Assembly (NCBI RefSeq): GCF_000011125.1
Contig: NC_000854.2
Span: forward strand, 1,020,001-1,052,000
Length of the DNA: 32,000 nt
Source: Aeropyrum pernix K1
Lineage (GTDB): Archaea > Thermoproteota > Thermoprotei_A > Sulfolobales > Acidilobaceae
Reading direction: 5' to 3'
Positions 15,051 through 24,515 of this stretch are shown piece after piece (position 1 is the stretch's first letter; every line of letters begins with the position of its first letter). The notes beneath the pieces are model-generated. The model saw only the letters and a list, made by a program, of their open reading frames with translations, was not told where the DNA came from and searched no databases. Both the position numbers and the translations under genes were made by a program.

Positions 15051-16484
15051 ATGTCTTCTAGGAGGTCTCTAAGGAGAGGAGAGGCTACCTCCAGGTACCT
15101 TCTAGTTGGGGCCGCCATTGTCGTCGTCATTATATTGCTGGCTCTCGGCTACTACTTCTACTCGCAGGGAGCCGCCGAGACTACTACAGGCCCGCTCACA
15201 GGCGAGGCTGGCGAGGGAGCGGAGACAACGCCTGAAACCACCACCTCACCCGCCGCTACCGAAACCCCTGGGGAGGTAACTCTCATATGGGCGAGCACAC
15301 AGCTAGTCCCGCCCACCGAGCAGCAGTTCGTCAAGGAGGAGCTGCTCCCCCCCTTCACTCAGGAGACTGGGATTAAGGTTGAGTTCATTGGCATGAGCTA
15401 TGGCGACTTGAATGTTAGGCTTCAGAGCGAGATGGAGAGCGGGAAGGTTACGATAAGCCTGATAGCCGACCTCCACGGAGGCCTAGACCTCTACGCCAGC
15501 AAGGGCTGGCTGGAGGACCTCAGCAAGTTCGGGGCCCTTGAGGGCAGAGAGTTCCCGCAGGTTCTAGAGGACTATAGCAGGCTATACGGCATAAAGGCCT
15601 ACGTCCCGTGGCTCACAGCCACGTACGTCTTTGTAGTCAATAAAGAGGCCTTCAAATACCTGCCTCCAGGCCTCAGCGAGGAGGACGTCATAACAGGCAG
15701 CGAGAAGTGGACTTACGACGCCCTGCTAGAGTGGGCTAAGAACATTGAGGCGGCCACAGGACAGAAGCCCCTAGGCTTCCCCGCAGGGCCTAAAGGGCTG
15801 TTCCACAGGTTCCTCCACGGCTACCTCTACCCAAGCTTCACCGGGGCCCAGGTTAAGAACTTCGACTCCCCCGAGGCCGTGCAGATGTGGAGTTACCTCA
15901 AAGAGCTGTGGAACTACGTGCACCCCCAGAGTACGGTATACGAGGCCATGGCAGCCCCACTCCTTAACGGTGAGGTCCTGATAGCCTGGGACCACACTGC
16001 AAGGATAAAGGACGCTATTGTCCAGAAGCCCGACGAGTTCGTGGTAGTCCCCGCCCCCGCAGGCCCCAAGGGCAGGGGCTATATCCTCGTCATAGTCGGC
16101 CTTGCCATCCCCAAGAACGCGCCCCACCAGGACGCCGCATGGAAGCTGATAGAGTACCTCACTAGGCCCGAGGTGCAGAGCCTCATACTAGAGAAGGTCG
16201 GCTTCTTCCCGGCTGTAAGCGGTGTCAGCGAGAAGCTGCCTGAAGGCCCACTCAAGGTCCTCGCGCAGGGAGTGGGCAACCAGCTGAACACGCCTGACTC
16301 GCTTGTGGCGTTGATACCGAGCCTTGGCGAGAAGGGAGGAGACTTCAGAAACACCTACCGTGAGGCGTTCAAAGCTATAGTCCTAGAAGGTAAAGACCCG
16401 CAGCAAGTGCTACCGGAGCTAAAGCAGTACCTGCTAAGCCTGTTCCAGGCGACCGGGGCTAGCCTACCTCCGCCGGACGAATAG
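15051..16484 (+). CDS. ABC transporter extracellular solute-binding protein (CUT1 sugar type), membrane-anchored
   Basis: About 477 aa. It has an N-terminal basic stretch plus a TM anchor (YLLVGAAIVVVIILLALGYYF) and a Thr/Glu/Pro/Gly-rich linker. A periplasmic-binding-protein-like body follows, and the permease and ATPase genes follow in the same orientation. The ORF track starts at GTG 15048. ATG 15051 has the better ribosome-binding-site spacing. Confidence 0.85.
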   Translation: MSSRRSLRRGEATSRYLLVGAAIVVVIILLALGYYFYSQGAAETTTGPLTGEAGEGAETTPETTTSPAATETPGEVTLIWASTQLVPPTEQQFVKEELLPPFTQETGIKVEFIGMSYGDLNVRLQSEMESGKVTISLIADLHGGLDLYASKGWLEDLSKFGALEGREFPQVLEDYSRLYGIKAYVPWLTATYVFVVNKEAFKYLPPGLSEEDVITGSEKWTYDALLEWAKNIEAATGQKPLGFPAGPKGLFHRFLHGYLYPSFTGAQVKNFDSPEAVQMWSYLKELWNYVHPQSTVYEAMAAPLLNGEVLIAWDHTARIKDAIVQKPDEFVVVPAPAGPKGRGYILVIVGLAIPKNAPHQDAAWKLIEYLTRPEVQSLILEKVGFFPAVSGVSEKLPEGPLKVLAQGVGNQLNTPDSLVALIPSLGEKGGDFRNTYREAFKAIVLEGKDPQQVLPELKQYLLSLFQATGASLPPPDE

Positions 16485-16537
16485 CCTGCCACCATAATAT
16501 CCAGCCTAGAACTACTCACTCCATTATAAAGCTCCTC

Positions 16538-16583
16538 CTCTTTTTTCCTTTCAAAGCCTCTCGAATGGAGTTTTTACATTTTC
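16538..16583 (+). terminator. Two oligo-T tracts after the binding-protein gene
   Basis: CTCTTTTTTCCTTTC (16538-16551) and GTTTTTACATTTTC (16570-16583) lie 55-100 nt after the stop codon. Oligo-T tracts are the usual archaeal termination signal. Confidence 0.45.
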
Positions 16584-16590
16584 ACTCTCC

Positions 16591-16602
16591 ATTGATTATA
16601 GC
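16591..16602 (+). promoter_or_regulatory. Internal TATA-like box for the permease/ATPase genes
   Basis: ATTGATTATAGC is centred about 30 nt upstream of GTG 16628, which fits a leaderless permease transcript. Confidence 0.4.
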
Positions 16603-16627
16603 TTGAGTTTGGGGGAGAGGGTGGACC

Positions 16628-17494
16628 GTGCCCCTGTCTAGCCTTCTCCAGGACAATAGGGTTAAGGCGTGGCTCCTGCTGTCGCCAACTATACTCTATC
16701 TCGCGGTCTTCATTGCATACCCCATCATAGACTCTTTCAGGATAGCTTTCGTCAAGAACGGTAGCATATCGTTCGAGGCTGTCGACTTCCTTCTATACAG
16801 CCCTCTCTCCGAGTTCTGGAGCGCTCTCAAGTACACCTTCCTCCTGGCCATACTCGTTATACCCACTGAGACACTGCTCGCTTTGACCGCTGTTATCCTC
16901 CTCTTCAAGCGGTTCAGGGGGAGAGACGCGGTTATCTACGTCCTCGTAATGCCGCTGGCGCTCAGCGACCTCGCCGCAGGCCTGATATGGTATTCGATGC
17001 TGACGGGGAAGGGGTTTCTCAACAAGCTACTCCTGAACATGGGTCTGATTAGCGATCCGATAATATTCTTCGGCTACGAGAACCGGTGGCTAACGTTCCT
17101 TGCCGTCTATCTCGCGGAGGTGTGGAGGTCGACTGCTATTGTCTTCGTGATACTCTTCGCCGGCGCCCAGCTTATAAACAAGGAGGTGTTCGAGGCCGCC
17201 GAGGTTTTCGGGGCCAGCTTCTACGTCAAGCTGAGGCACATCCTGATTCCGATGATAAAGCCGAGCCTCCAGGCGGCTCTCCTTATAAGGACCCTATTCG
17301 CCTTCCAGGTCTTCGCCGTGGTCTGGATACTCGCTGGGAGGGACATACCTGTGCTCGCGGGGGAGGCCTACTATAGCATCGTCGAGCTTCACAAGTATGA
17401 CGTGGCCGCGCTCTACGCTATAGTGATAGCACTACTATCCGCCTCCATAGGAGTCGTCTACATCAGGGTGTTCAGGGAGACCCTCCTGAGGTGA
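16628..17494 (+). CDS. ABC sugar transporter permease (MalF/UgpA-like)
   Basis: 288 aa with 6 hydrophobic helices and the EAA loop EAAEVFGASFYVKLRHILIPMIKP. Confidence 0.9.
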   Translation: MPLSSLLQDNRVKAWLLLSPTILYLAVFIAYPIIDSFRIAFVKNGSISFEAVDFLLYSPLSEFWSALKYTFLLAILVIPTETLLALTAVILLFKRFRGRDAVIYVLVMPLALSDLAAGLIWYSMLTGKGFLNKLLLNMGLISDPIIFFGYENRWLTFLAVYLAEVWRSTAIVFVILFAGAQLINKEVFEAAEVFGASFYVKLRHILIPMIKPSLQAALLIRTLFAFQVFAVVWILAGRDIPVLAGEAYYSIVELHKYDVAALYAIVIALLSASIGVVYIRVFRETLLR

Positions 17495-17501
17495 TGATGA
17501 C

Positions 17502-18314
17502 ATGGTATCGGCGCCTGCCTGGATAGGCGAGCTGGCGAGGTATGCGTTCCTAGCGGTACTCGTATCCTGGATACTCGTCCCCCTGGCTATATCGATAGTA
17601 TACGCCTTCACACCCCTAGACGTCTACTACTCCAACGCAATACTAACCACCTCTTTCACCCTAGACCATGTTAAAACGCTCTGGATACTAGGGGCTGGGG
17701 AGGCCTTCCTCAGGAGCGTCGCAGTCGGGGCCATGACGGTGGGGATAAGCTTCCTCCTAGGCCTCCCAGGAGGCTACGCCCTAGCCAGGTACGTGTTCCC
17801 TGGTAGGGATGCGGTGAAGCTAGCCATAATAGCCACCAGGATGTTCCCTATAATAGTGATATCCGTCTCCCTTCTCAAAACCTTCTTCAACCTAGGTCTG
17901 AACGACACACTGATAGGCCTGGCCCTCGCCCACACAGCTATGGCCCTCCCCTTCGTAGTTATTATAACAGGCTCGATATTCGGAGGTATTCCAAGGGATC
18001 TGGAGGAGGCCGGCATGATATTCGGCCTTTCAAGCATCATGGTGTTCCTCAGGATAACCCTGCCACTAGCGGCCCCAGGCCTTACGGCTGCAGGCATGTT
18101 CACCTTCCTCCTCTCGTGGAACGAGGTTTTCATGGCGTCAGTCTTGACGCTCGTCAACAGGACTCTTCCAGCCTTCATACTCAACAGCGCCTTCGCCACG
18201 CCGATAGAGCCTATAAGGTTCGCCGCGGCGTTCATGCTCATACTCCCTGCCCTGGTGTTTATGTTCCTGGCGAGGCGCTACCTCGTGACCATGTGGGCTA
18301 TGGCGGCGAGGTGA
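17502..18314 (+). CDS. ABC sugar transporter permease (MalG/UgpE-like)
   Basis: 270 aa with 6 hydrophobic helices and the EAA loop LEEAGMIFGLSSIMVFLRITLPLAAPG. GAGGTGAT lies 7 nt before the ATG. Confidence 0.9.
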   Translation: MVSAPAWIGELARYAFLAVLVSWILVPLAISIVYAFTPLDVYYSNAILTTSFTLDHVKTLWILGAGEAFLRSVAVGAMTVGISFLLGLPGGYALARYVFPGRDAVKLAIIATRMFPIIVISVSLLKTFFNLGLNDTLIGLALAHTAMALPFVVIITGSIFGGIPRDLEEAGMIFGLSSIMVFLRITLPLAAPGLTAAGMFTFLLSWNEVFMASVLTLVNRTLPAFILNSAFATPIEPIRFAAAFMLILPALVFMFLARRYLVTMWAMAAR

Positions 18315-19379
18315 GTGGTCGTGGCTGGCGTGAGGCTAGAGGGCATAGTAAAGAGGTTCGGTAAGACTGTGGCGCTCAAGGGCATAGACCTAGAGATTAA
18401 GGACGGGGAGGCGGTTGTACTGCTCGGCCCTAGCGGCTGCGGGAAGACAACAACGCTCAGGATAGTGGCTGGGCTTGAGAGGCCGGACGCTGGGAGGGTG
18501 TACTTCGACGGCAGGGACGTGACGGGGCTGCCGCCTAAGGATAGGAATGTTGCCATGGTGTTCCAGAGCTACGCTCTCTGGCCTCATATGAGGGTGTTCG
18601 ACAACATCGCTTTCCCGCTTAAGATCAAAAAGCTTCCGAGGGACGAGATTGTTAGGCGTGTTAGGTGGGCTGCGGAGCTTTTGGAGATTGATCATCTTTT
18701 GGATCGTTATCCCCACCAGCTGAGCGGGGGGCAGCAGCAGAGGGTTGCGGTGGCCAGGGCCATAGTGACGGAGCCCGAGGTCCTCCTCATGGACGAGCCC
18801 CTAAGCAACCTAGACGCTATCCTCAGGATTAAGATGAGGAGCGAGATAAAGAAGCTGCAGAGGAGGCTGGGGGTCACTATGATATATGTAACCCACGATC
18901 AGGTGGAGGCCATGGTCATAGGCGATAGGATCGTGGTCATGAACTTCGGGGAAATACAGCAGGTAGGCACCCCCTCAGATGTGTACCACAGGCCGGCGAA
19001 CACGTTTGTGGCAACCTTCATAGGCTCGCCCCAGATGAACCTGTTCAGCGGAAAGGTAGCTGGTGGCAGGCTAGAAGCCCTAGGCGGCATAGTGGAGGGC
19101 GTGGGGCTACCCGACGGGGAGGTTCTTGTGGGTGTGAGGCCCGAGGACGTGGCGCTCGGCAAGGGGGATCTGACGTTCGAGGCTTACGTGGACTTCGTCG
19201 AGGACCTCGGATCCGACTCCGTGGTACATCTCAAAACCCAATCAGGCCAGGTTATCGTGGCCAAACTATCCGGGGGTGAGCCACCCAGCCCTGGCTCAAG
19301 GGTTATAGCAGGGGTAAGCAGAGAGAAAATCCACATATTCGACAAGGAGAGTGGGAAGGCTATAACACACGGAGTCTAG
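18315..19379 (+). CDS. ABC transporter ATP-binding protein (MalK/UgpC-like)
   Basis: Motifs present are Walker [10 protein letters not shown], signature [14 protein letters not shown], Walker [12 protein letters not shown] and H-loop YVTHDQ. A C-terminal regulatory (TOBE-like) domain follows. The start may be GTG 18321, which has better spacing from GAGGTGA. Confidence 0.95.
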   Translation: MVVAGVRLEGIVKRFGKTVALKGIDLEIKDGEAVVLLGPSGCGKTTTLRIVAGLERPDAGRVYFDGRDVTGLPPKDRNVAMVFQSYALWPHMRVFDNIAFPLKIKKLPRDEIVRRVRWAAELLEIDHLLDRYPHQLSGGQQQRVAVARAIVTEPEVLLMDEPLSNLDAILRIKMRSEIKKLQRRLGVTMIYVTHDQVEAMVIGDRIVVMNFGEIQQVGTPSDVYHRPANTFVATFIGSPQMNLFSGKVAGGRLEALGGIVEGVGLPDGEVLVGVRPEDVALGKGDLTFEAYVDFVEDLGSDSVVHLKTQSGQVIVAKLSGGEPPSPGSRVIAGVSREKIHIFDKESGKAITHGV

Positions 19380-19518
19380 CCGGCCAACCCGTATGTTCCA
19401 GGCATATTTACCGTGTTGCTAGACGGCTTTAAACACTCTCGGCTACACACCATCGGCCGCCTCGCCCGGCTAGAATAGCGGTATCTCCACTGCGAGTTGT
19501 GCAAAAGAGAGTTCTGCC

Positions 19519-20547
19519 TCAACTAGATGCGCTTCTACCGACTCCCCATCTTTGCCAGACGGATATCAAGAGTTCCTGAAGGGTCTTAGCCGCCAGCAGG
19601 GAGGTGGCCCCGCCTGGATCGTAGGGAGGGGAAACCTCAACTACATCAATCCCGCAAACCCTCCTGTCACCCAGCTGCGAAGCCAGCGCTAAACCCTCCC
19701 TGGAGCTGGCCCCCCCGGGCTCGGGGTTTCCAACGCCTGGAGCGTAGGCTGGGTCGTAGAAATCCATGTCTATGCTTATGTAGATTTTCTCGCAGTCGCC
19801 GGTGAAGCGGCGGGCAGCTAATACAGCGCCATCGACGCCCACGATATCCATTCTCCTCATAGGAACATAGTCGATAAGCCCCGACTCGACCGCCAGCCTC
19901 TCCTCGCCCGCCTCGTAAGCCCTAACCCCTATGTACAGCAGCTTTACGCCCAGCTCCTCCAGGACCCTTCTAAACACTGTCGCGTGGCTAAACCTCTCCC
20001 CTAGATAGTCGTTCCTAAGGTCGAAGTGGGCGTCGAGGACGACAACGCAGGGTTTAACGCCTGCTGCTGCAAGCCCTCTAAGCGCACCCAGAGTTACTAG
20101 GTGCTCGCCACCCAGCACCACAGGCACTTTACCCTCACGGGCCAGGTCCTCAACAACCCTCGCGACCCTCTCGAGCGTAAGCAGGGTGCTGCCGGGGACC
20201 GCTGCCACATCACCCTCGTCGGCTATAGGAACACGGTCTATGTCTCCCTCGACGTAGTAGCCGTTGGACTCTAGCTCGATTGAAGCCCGCCTAATCTCCC
20301 TGGGGGCGAACCTCTGGCCAGGCCTGAAGGAGGATGTGGAGTCGTAGGGAACCCCTATAACGCTGAAGAGGCTTTCCTCCCTGCTCCTCTGAATGCCGAA
20401 GACAGGCTCGGGAGGCCTCAGCAGGTAAAGGTCCCTGGCCCTCGAACCGGTCTCCACACGACCACCCGAAAGATATATGGTGAGGGGGTTGAGAGCTGTT
20501 ATTCTAGAGGCGCCGTCCACAATAATAGCCCCCATGAGGCTTACCAA
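19519..20547 (-). CDS. speB: Agmatinase (arginase/ureohydrolase family)
   Basis: Mn-ligand motifs are present: GGEHLVT, VVLDAHFDLR, SIDMDFYDPAYAPG and VVEVSPPYD. The N-terminus is uncertain. The ORF-track start (TTG 20547) and ATG 20535 overlap the TATA-like box of the divergent glyS gene, and I saw no TATA upstream of them. GTG 20457 is an alternative start. Confidence 0.85.
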   Translation of the reverse strand: MVSLMGAIIVDGASRITALNPLTIYLSGGRVETGSRARDLYLLRPPEPVFGIQRSREESLFSVIGVPYDSTSSFRPGQRFAPREIRRASIELESNGYYVEGDIDRVPIADEGDVAAVPGSTLLTLERVARVVEDLAREGKVPVVLGGEHLVTLGALRGLAAAGVKPCVVVLDAHFDLRNDYLGERFSHATVFRRVLEELGVKLLYIGVRAYEAGEERLAVESGLIDYVPMRRMDIVGVDGAVLAARRFTGDCEKIYISIDMDFYDPAYAPGVGNPEPGGASSREGLALASQLGDRRVCGIDVVEVSPPYDPGGATSLLAAKTLQELLISVWQRWGVGRSASS

Positions 20548-20567
20548 GCTTGTAGGGTGCGGGTGCA

Positions 20568-22319
20568 GTGGCTGAGGACCTTTTCGAGAAGCTCGTTGAG
20601 ATAGGTAAGAGGAGAGGGTTCTTCTGGCCCTCCTACGAGATCTACGGCGGGGTGGCAGGCTTCTACGACTGGGGGCCGCTGGGCCACCTCTTGAAGAGGA
20701 GGATTATAGAGAAGTGGAGAAGATACTTCGTCCTCATGCACCAGGACCACGTGGTGGAGATTGAGACCCCGGTTATAGGTCCTGAGAAGGTCTACATCGC
20801 CAGCGGCCACGTAGAGCACTTCACCGACCCGATAGTCAGGTGTACAAGCTGCGGTAGGACATTTAGGGCTGACCATCTTGTTGAGGAGGCTCTAGGCATT
20901 AACGCTGAGGGGCTTAGCGTCTCGGAGCTCGACAGGATTATAAGGGAGAGGGGTCTCAGGTGCCCCGTGTGCCAGGGCGAGCTGGGGAGGGTTGAAACGT
21001 TCAACCTACTATTCAGGACGCAGATAGGCCCCTACGAGGGGAGCGTGGGGTATCTAAGGCCCGAGCTAGCCCAGGGCATCTTCGTCGCTTTCAAGAGGGT
21101 CTATGAGGCTATGAGGAGCAGGATACCCCTGGGTATAGCGCAGGTCGGCAGGGTAGGGAGGAACGAGATCAGCCCTAGACAGGCTCTGGTGAGGCTCAGA
21201 GAGTTCACCATCATGGAGATGGAGTACTTCATAGACCCCGAAGACCAGTGGGGGAGCTGCCCCTTCTTCCACAGGATGGCTGACTCGAAGCTTCCCATAC
21301 TGACTTACGAGGCGAAGAGGAGGGGTGAGGAGAAGCCGGAGAGCTTCAAGCTGGAGGAGGCTGTCAACGAGGGGGTGGTTATCAGCCCGTGCCTAGGCTA
21401 TTGGATGGCCGTGGGCATGAGGTTCGTCGAGGACCTGGGGGTGCCGAGCGATAGCATCATGTTCGAGGAGAAGGGGCCCGAGGAGAGGGCCCACTACTCA
21501 AGCCAGACCTTCGACCAGCTGGTTAAGGTGTCCAGGTGGGGGTGGATAGAGGTTGCCGGCCACAGCTACAGGGGCGACTACGACCTCTCGAGGCATATGA
21601 AGTACAGCGGGCAGGACCTGACAGCGTTCAAGCCGTACCCCAAGCCTATAGTCGTCAAGAAGAGAAGGGTTGTCGTGGACAAAGCGGCCATAGGTAGGGC
21701 CCTCAAGTCCCGGGCCAAGACCGTGCTCGAGGAGCTCGGCAGGATGGGCGAGGGGGAGCTTGAGAGGCTTGCCGCCAGCAACAGAGCCGTCGTGGCCGGA
21801 GTAGAGCTGCCGCCTGGGTCTCTGAGGATAGTCGAGGTGGAGGAGAAGGTCTCGGGCAGGAGGTTCGTGCCCCACGTAGTCGAGCCCTCCTTCGGCACTG
21901 ACAGGAACGTGTATGTCGCGCTAGAGTACGCCTACAGGGAGGTTGAGGGGCGTGTCGTCCTCGCATTCCCCCGGGATATAGCGCCCGTCCAGGCCGTTGT
22001 ACTCCCATTGGTGGAGAATGATGAGAAGCTCGTTGAGAGGGCCAGGATGGTCTACGAAACCCTTGTTGAAGCAGGGTTTACAGTGTACTACGACGACTCC
22101 GGCAGCATAGGGAGGAGGTATGCAAGGGCCGACGAGATAGGCGTTCCGGCGGCCGTGACTATCGACTACCAAACACTAGAGGACGGCACGGTGACGCTGA
22201 GGGACAGGGACACGTGGAGGCAGGTTAGGATAGGTGCGGATGAGGTTGTAGACAAGCTAAGGAGGTTCATCTACGATGGCGCCAGGCTTGAGGACCTGGG
22301 GACGCCTGTTAAGCCGTAG
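20568..22319 (+). CDS. glyS: Glycine--tRNA ligase (archaeal/eukaryal class II type)
   Basis: 583 aa. The N-terminus reads KRRGFFWPSYEIYGGVAGFYDWGPLG. Class II motifs are YLRPELAQGIF, GRNEISPRQALVRLREFT and PHVVEPSFGTDR, followed by a C-terminal anticodon-binding domain. The TATA-like ACAATAATAGCC lies at 20519-20530. Confidence 0.95.
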   Translation: MAEDLFEKLVEIGKRRGFFWPSYEIYGGVAGFYDWGPLGHLLKRRIIEKWRRYFVLMHQDHVVEIETPVIGPEKVYIASGHVEHFTDPIVRCTSCGRTFRADHLVEEALGINAEGLSVSELDRIIRERGLRCPVCQGELGRVETFNLLFRTQIGPYEGSVGYLRPELAQGIFVAFKRVYEAMRSRIPLGIAQVGRVGRNEISPRQALVRLREFTIMEMEYFIDPEDQWGSCPFFHRMADSKLPILTYEAKRRGEEKPESFKLEEAVNEGVVISPCLGYWMAVGMRFVEDLGVPSDSIMFEEKGPEERAHYSSQTFDQLVKVSRWGWIEVAGHSYRGDYDLSRHMKYSGQDLTAFKPYPKPIVVKKRRVVVDKAAIGRALKSRAKTVLEELGRMGEGELERLAASNRAVVAGVELPPGSLRIVEVEEKVSGRRFVPHVVEPSFGTDRNVYVALEYAYREVEGRVVLAFPRDIAPVQAVVLPLVENDEKLVERARMVYETLVEAGFTVYYDDSGSIGRRYARADEIGVPAAVTIDYQTLEDGTVTLRDRDTWRQVRIGADEVVDKLRRFIYDGARLEDLGTPVKP

Positions 22320-22392
22320 ACGCTTTATAACTCGCCGTCCCACTAGATATTATTAAGGCCTTGGGATCTGTCTCGGAGAGGTGAGGCTGTGG

Positions 22393-22818
22393 ATGGATAG
22401 TGAGAGCAAGCAGGGGTCTGAAGGGGCTCCAGCCCCGGAGGAGGAGGTGAAGCCTGACAGGCCGAAGGCCCCCATATCAAGGCTTGTGGAGATGGTGCCT
22501 TCAGCATCGTCCCTTAGAGAGGAGAGGAGGCCTAGGGAGAAGAGGATAAGGCTCAGGTACGACCCGAGGCTGAAGCCTGAGGAGGCAAGGATAAGCCCGA
22601 GCCTCGCGAAAGAACTTGGTATAGAGGATTTCCTCGAGATTACAGTAGCCCATAGGCACAGGTTCGCCTTCAAGGCCATAATAGATGAGGAGGCGGAGCC
22701 GAACAGGGTTTACGTGAACCCTGACCTAATGGAGGAACACGGCATTGCCGACAACAGCATAGCCACGGTTAGACCCTACCGCGGAGGGGAGAAGCTGGGA
22801 GTCAGGCTCGAGGTATAG
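22393..22818 (+). CDS. Hypothetical protein with a CDC48-N/VAT-N-like (double-psi barrel) C-terminal domain
   Basis: The N-terminal half is charged and low-complexity. The C-terminal part reads RISPSLAKELGIEDFLEITV...NRVYVNPDLMEEHGIADNSIATVRPY and resembles the duplicated beta-barrel substrate-recognition domains of AAA+ N-domains or AbrB-like folds. ATG 22393 has GGAGAGGTGAGG about 8 nt upstream. The ORF track starts at GTG 22381. Confidence 0.5.
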   Translation: MDSESKQGSEGAPAPEEEVKPDRPKAPISRLVEMVPSASSLREERRPREKRIRLRYDPRLKPEEARISPSLAKELGIEDFLEITVAHRHRFAFKAIIDEEAEPNRVYVNPDLMEEHGIADNSIATVRPYRGGEKLGVRLEV

Positions 22819-22888
22819 GAGCCCCGGGATCTTAGGGAGACACCGTAGCCTCCTTCCATGCTCCTAGAACGCCTGGGGGTAATAGGCT

Positions 22889-23326
22889 TTGGAGGATAAG
22901 GATCTACTCAAGGCTTATATTGAGAGGCTGGCTGCCGTGCTCCACGATCATCTGGCTACCGCTGAGGATCTGGAGGCCAACATAGGCGTCGCCGGCTCGG
23001 GCGGGGGCGCGGAGGGTGTTGCTGACGGTGTGGCGAGTCTCAAAACCCTGAGGTCCTCGCTCCTAGACATTATAGAGGGGGCCGTCGAAGTCGCAGCCCG
23101 CATAGGGGCTGCAGGAATTGATAAGGAGGATCTGCTTGACCTCTACGCTCTAGTGGCCTACTACTTTGAGGCGGGACTCTGGAGGGAGAGTACACTGCTT
23201 AGAGAGGCTGGTAGGCATGTTGAGGCGGGTGGCGAAAGCCTACTGGTTAACGAGGCTAAGGAGAGGCTGCGGAACGTTATGGAGAGGCTGGAGTCGCTTC
23301 TCCACGACGCCGGGATCAAAACCTAG
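22889..23326 (+). CDS. Hypothetical all-helical protein
   Basis: 145 codons with a TTG start, Ala/Leu/Glu-rich, and a predicted helical bundle with a Gly-rich loop (GVAGSGGGAEGV). It is co-directional with endA and 35 nt upstream of it. No family recognised. Confidence 0.45.
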   Translation: MEDKDLLKAYIERLAAVLHDHLATAEDLEANIGVAGSGGGAEGVADGVASLKTLRSSLLDIIEGAVEVAARIGAAGIDKEDLLDLYALVAYYFEAGLWRESTLLREAGRHVEAGGESLLVNEAKERLRNVMERLESLLHDAGIKT

Positions 23327-23361
23327 CCTCGGCGTCCACGCCTCCGAGATGCAGGGTGTAG

Positions 23362-23925
23362 GTGTTGGGTGACAGATGCGCCCCGATTAAAGCCTCAGGA
23401 GTTCTAATAGGGGACTCCGTCCTCGTCACCGACGTGGAGCAGGCGAGATCCCTCTACAGCTGCGGGTACTATGGGCAGCCTCTTGACGTGGAGAAGCCGC
23501 GGGGCGCCGACTTCGAAGGCCCCCTCAGGCTAAGCCTTATAGAGTCCCTGTATCTCGCGGAGAAGGGCGTCCTGGAAGTGGCGAAACCCGATGGCTCCTC
23601 CGTGGGAGTTGAGGACCTCAGGACGGCGGTACGCGGCAACCCGAGGTTCTCAATGCTCTACAACATCTACAGGGACCTGCGGGAGAGGGGTTTTGTGGTG
23701 AGGAGCGGGCTCAAGTTCGGCAGCGACTTCGCGGTCTACAGGCTTGGCCCCGGCATAGACCACGCCCCCTTCATAGTACACGCTTACAGCCCCGAGGATA
23801 ACATAGATCCTGTTGAGATTGTGAGGGCTGGCAGGCTTAGCCATAGTGTCAGGAAGAAGTTCGTCTTCGCCGTGACCAGAGGGGGCGACGTCAGCTATCT
23901 CATGATAGACTGGTTCAGACCCTAA
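23362..23925 (+). CDS. endA: tRNA-splicing endonuclease, catalytic subunit
   Basis: 187 aa. The N-domain reads [21 protein letters not shown]. The catalytic C-domain reads [39 protein letters not shown]...[12 protein letters not shown]. The conserved Tyr/His/Lys positions are present. Confidence 0.9.
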
Positions 23926-24515
23926 TCCCCCTCCTCGGGGCCCCGCCACCTCCGGTAGACATCTACCTTGACACCAAGGGCGTCGAGCACTTTCCCGGCG
24001 GCGAAGTCGACGAGGTCCTCGACGCTCGACGGTTTAATATAGAAGGAGAGGGTTAGAGGCACCACTATCCCTCCCATCCTCGCTATAGCAAGCATGTTCT
24101 CCAGCTCCACAACGCCAAGCGGCGTCTCCCTCGGCGCTACGACGAGCCTCCTACCAAGCCTTAGCACCGCTAGAGCCGCCCTCGCCGGGAGGCTGGAGGG
24201 TATGCCCCGGGCTATGAGGCCGACTGTCTTCATGCTGGCAGGCACTATAGCCATTGCATCCGGCTGGTTGCTACTGCTGGCCAGGGGGCTTGACATATCG
24301 TTCTCCATATAGAGGGGTGCGTAGGATCTCAGCAGCCTCCTGAGGTCCTCAGGCTCGATACCCTCCTCGTAGCGGGCGACCTCCTCGGCGCCCCGCGTTA
24401 GTATGATACCCCTGATCTCCACCTCGCCCTTCAGCGCCTCGAGCAGCCGCAGGGCTACTCTTACCCCGCTGCTGCCTGTCACGGCTATACTAACCGAGCT
24501 AGGTCTGCAGGACAC
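23922..24515 (-). CDS. ubiX: UbiX/Pad1-family flavin prenyltransferase (prFMN synthase)
   Basis: 197 aa with family motifs [34 protein letters not shown] and VVAPRETPL. The GTG start at 24515 overlaps the upstream macro gene by 31 nt. Confidence 0.85.

Noticed and set aside
15170-15270. A repetitive-looking GAG/ACC/GGC-rich stretch, considered as a possible tandem DNA repeat
   Set aside because: It encodes the Thr/Glu/Pro/Gly-rich linker between the membrane anchor and the body of the solute-binding protein. It is low-complexity coding sequence with no exact DNA repeat unit.
17774-18241. A 155-aa minus-strand ORF inside the second permease gene, and similar antisense ORFs at 1613-1945, 2648-3073, 7297-7716, 8368-8805, 21498-22008 and 27307-27672
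   Set aside because: Each is fully embedded antisense in a confidently assigned gene. They have biased shadow-frame composition, and I recognised no motifs in them.
20541-20876. A 111-aa minus-strand ORF spanning the glyS start
   Set aside because: It is antisense to the highly conserved GlyRS N-terminus. It would need a promoter deep inside glyS, and its composition looks non-coding.
22889-23326. A HEPN-type RNase assignment for the helical protein, based on its C-terminal R-x5-H
   Set aside because: A lone R-x5-H in an Arg/His-containing helix is expected by chance. There is no partner nucleotidyltransferase gene and no other HEPN signature that I can verify without a profile search. It is kept only as a note in a finding.
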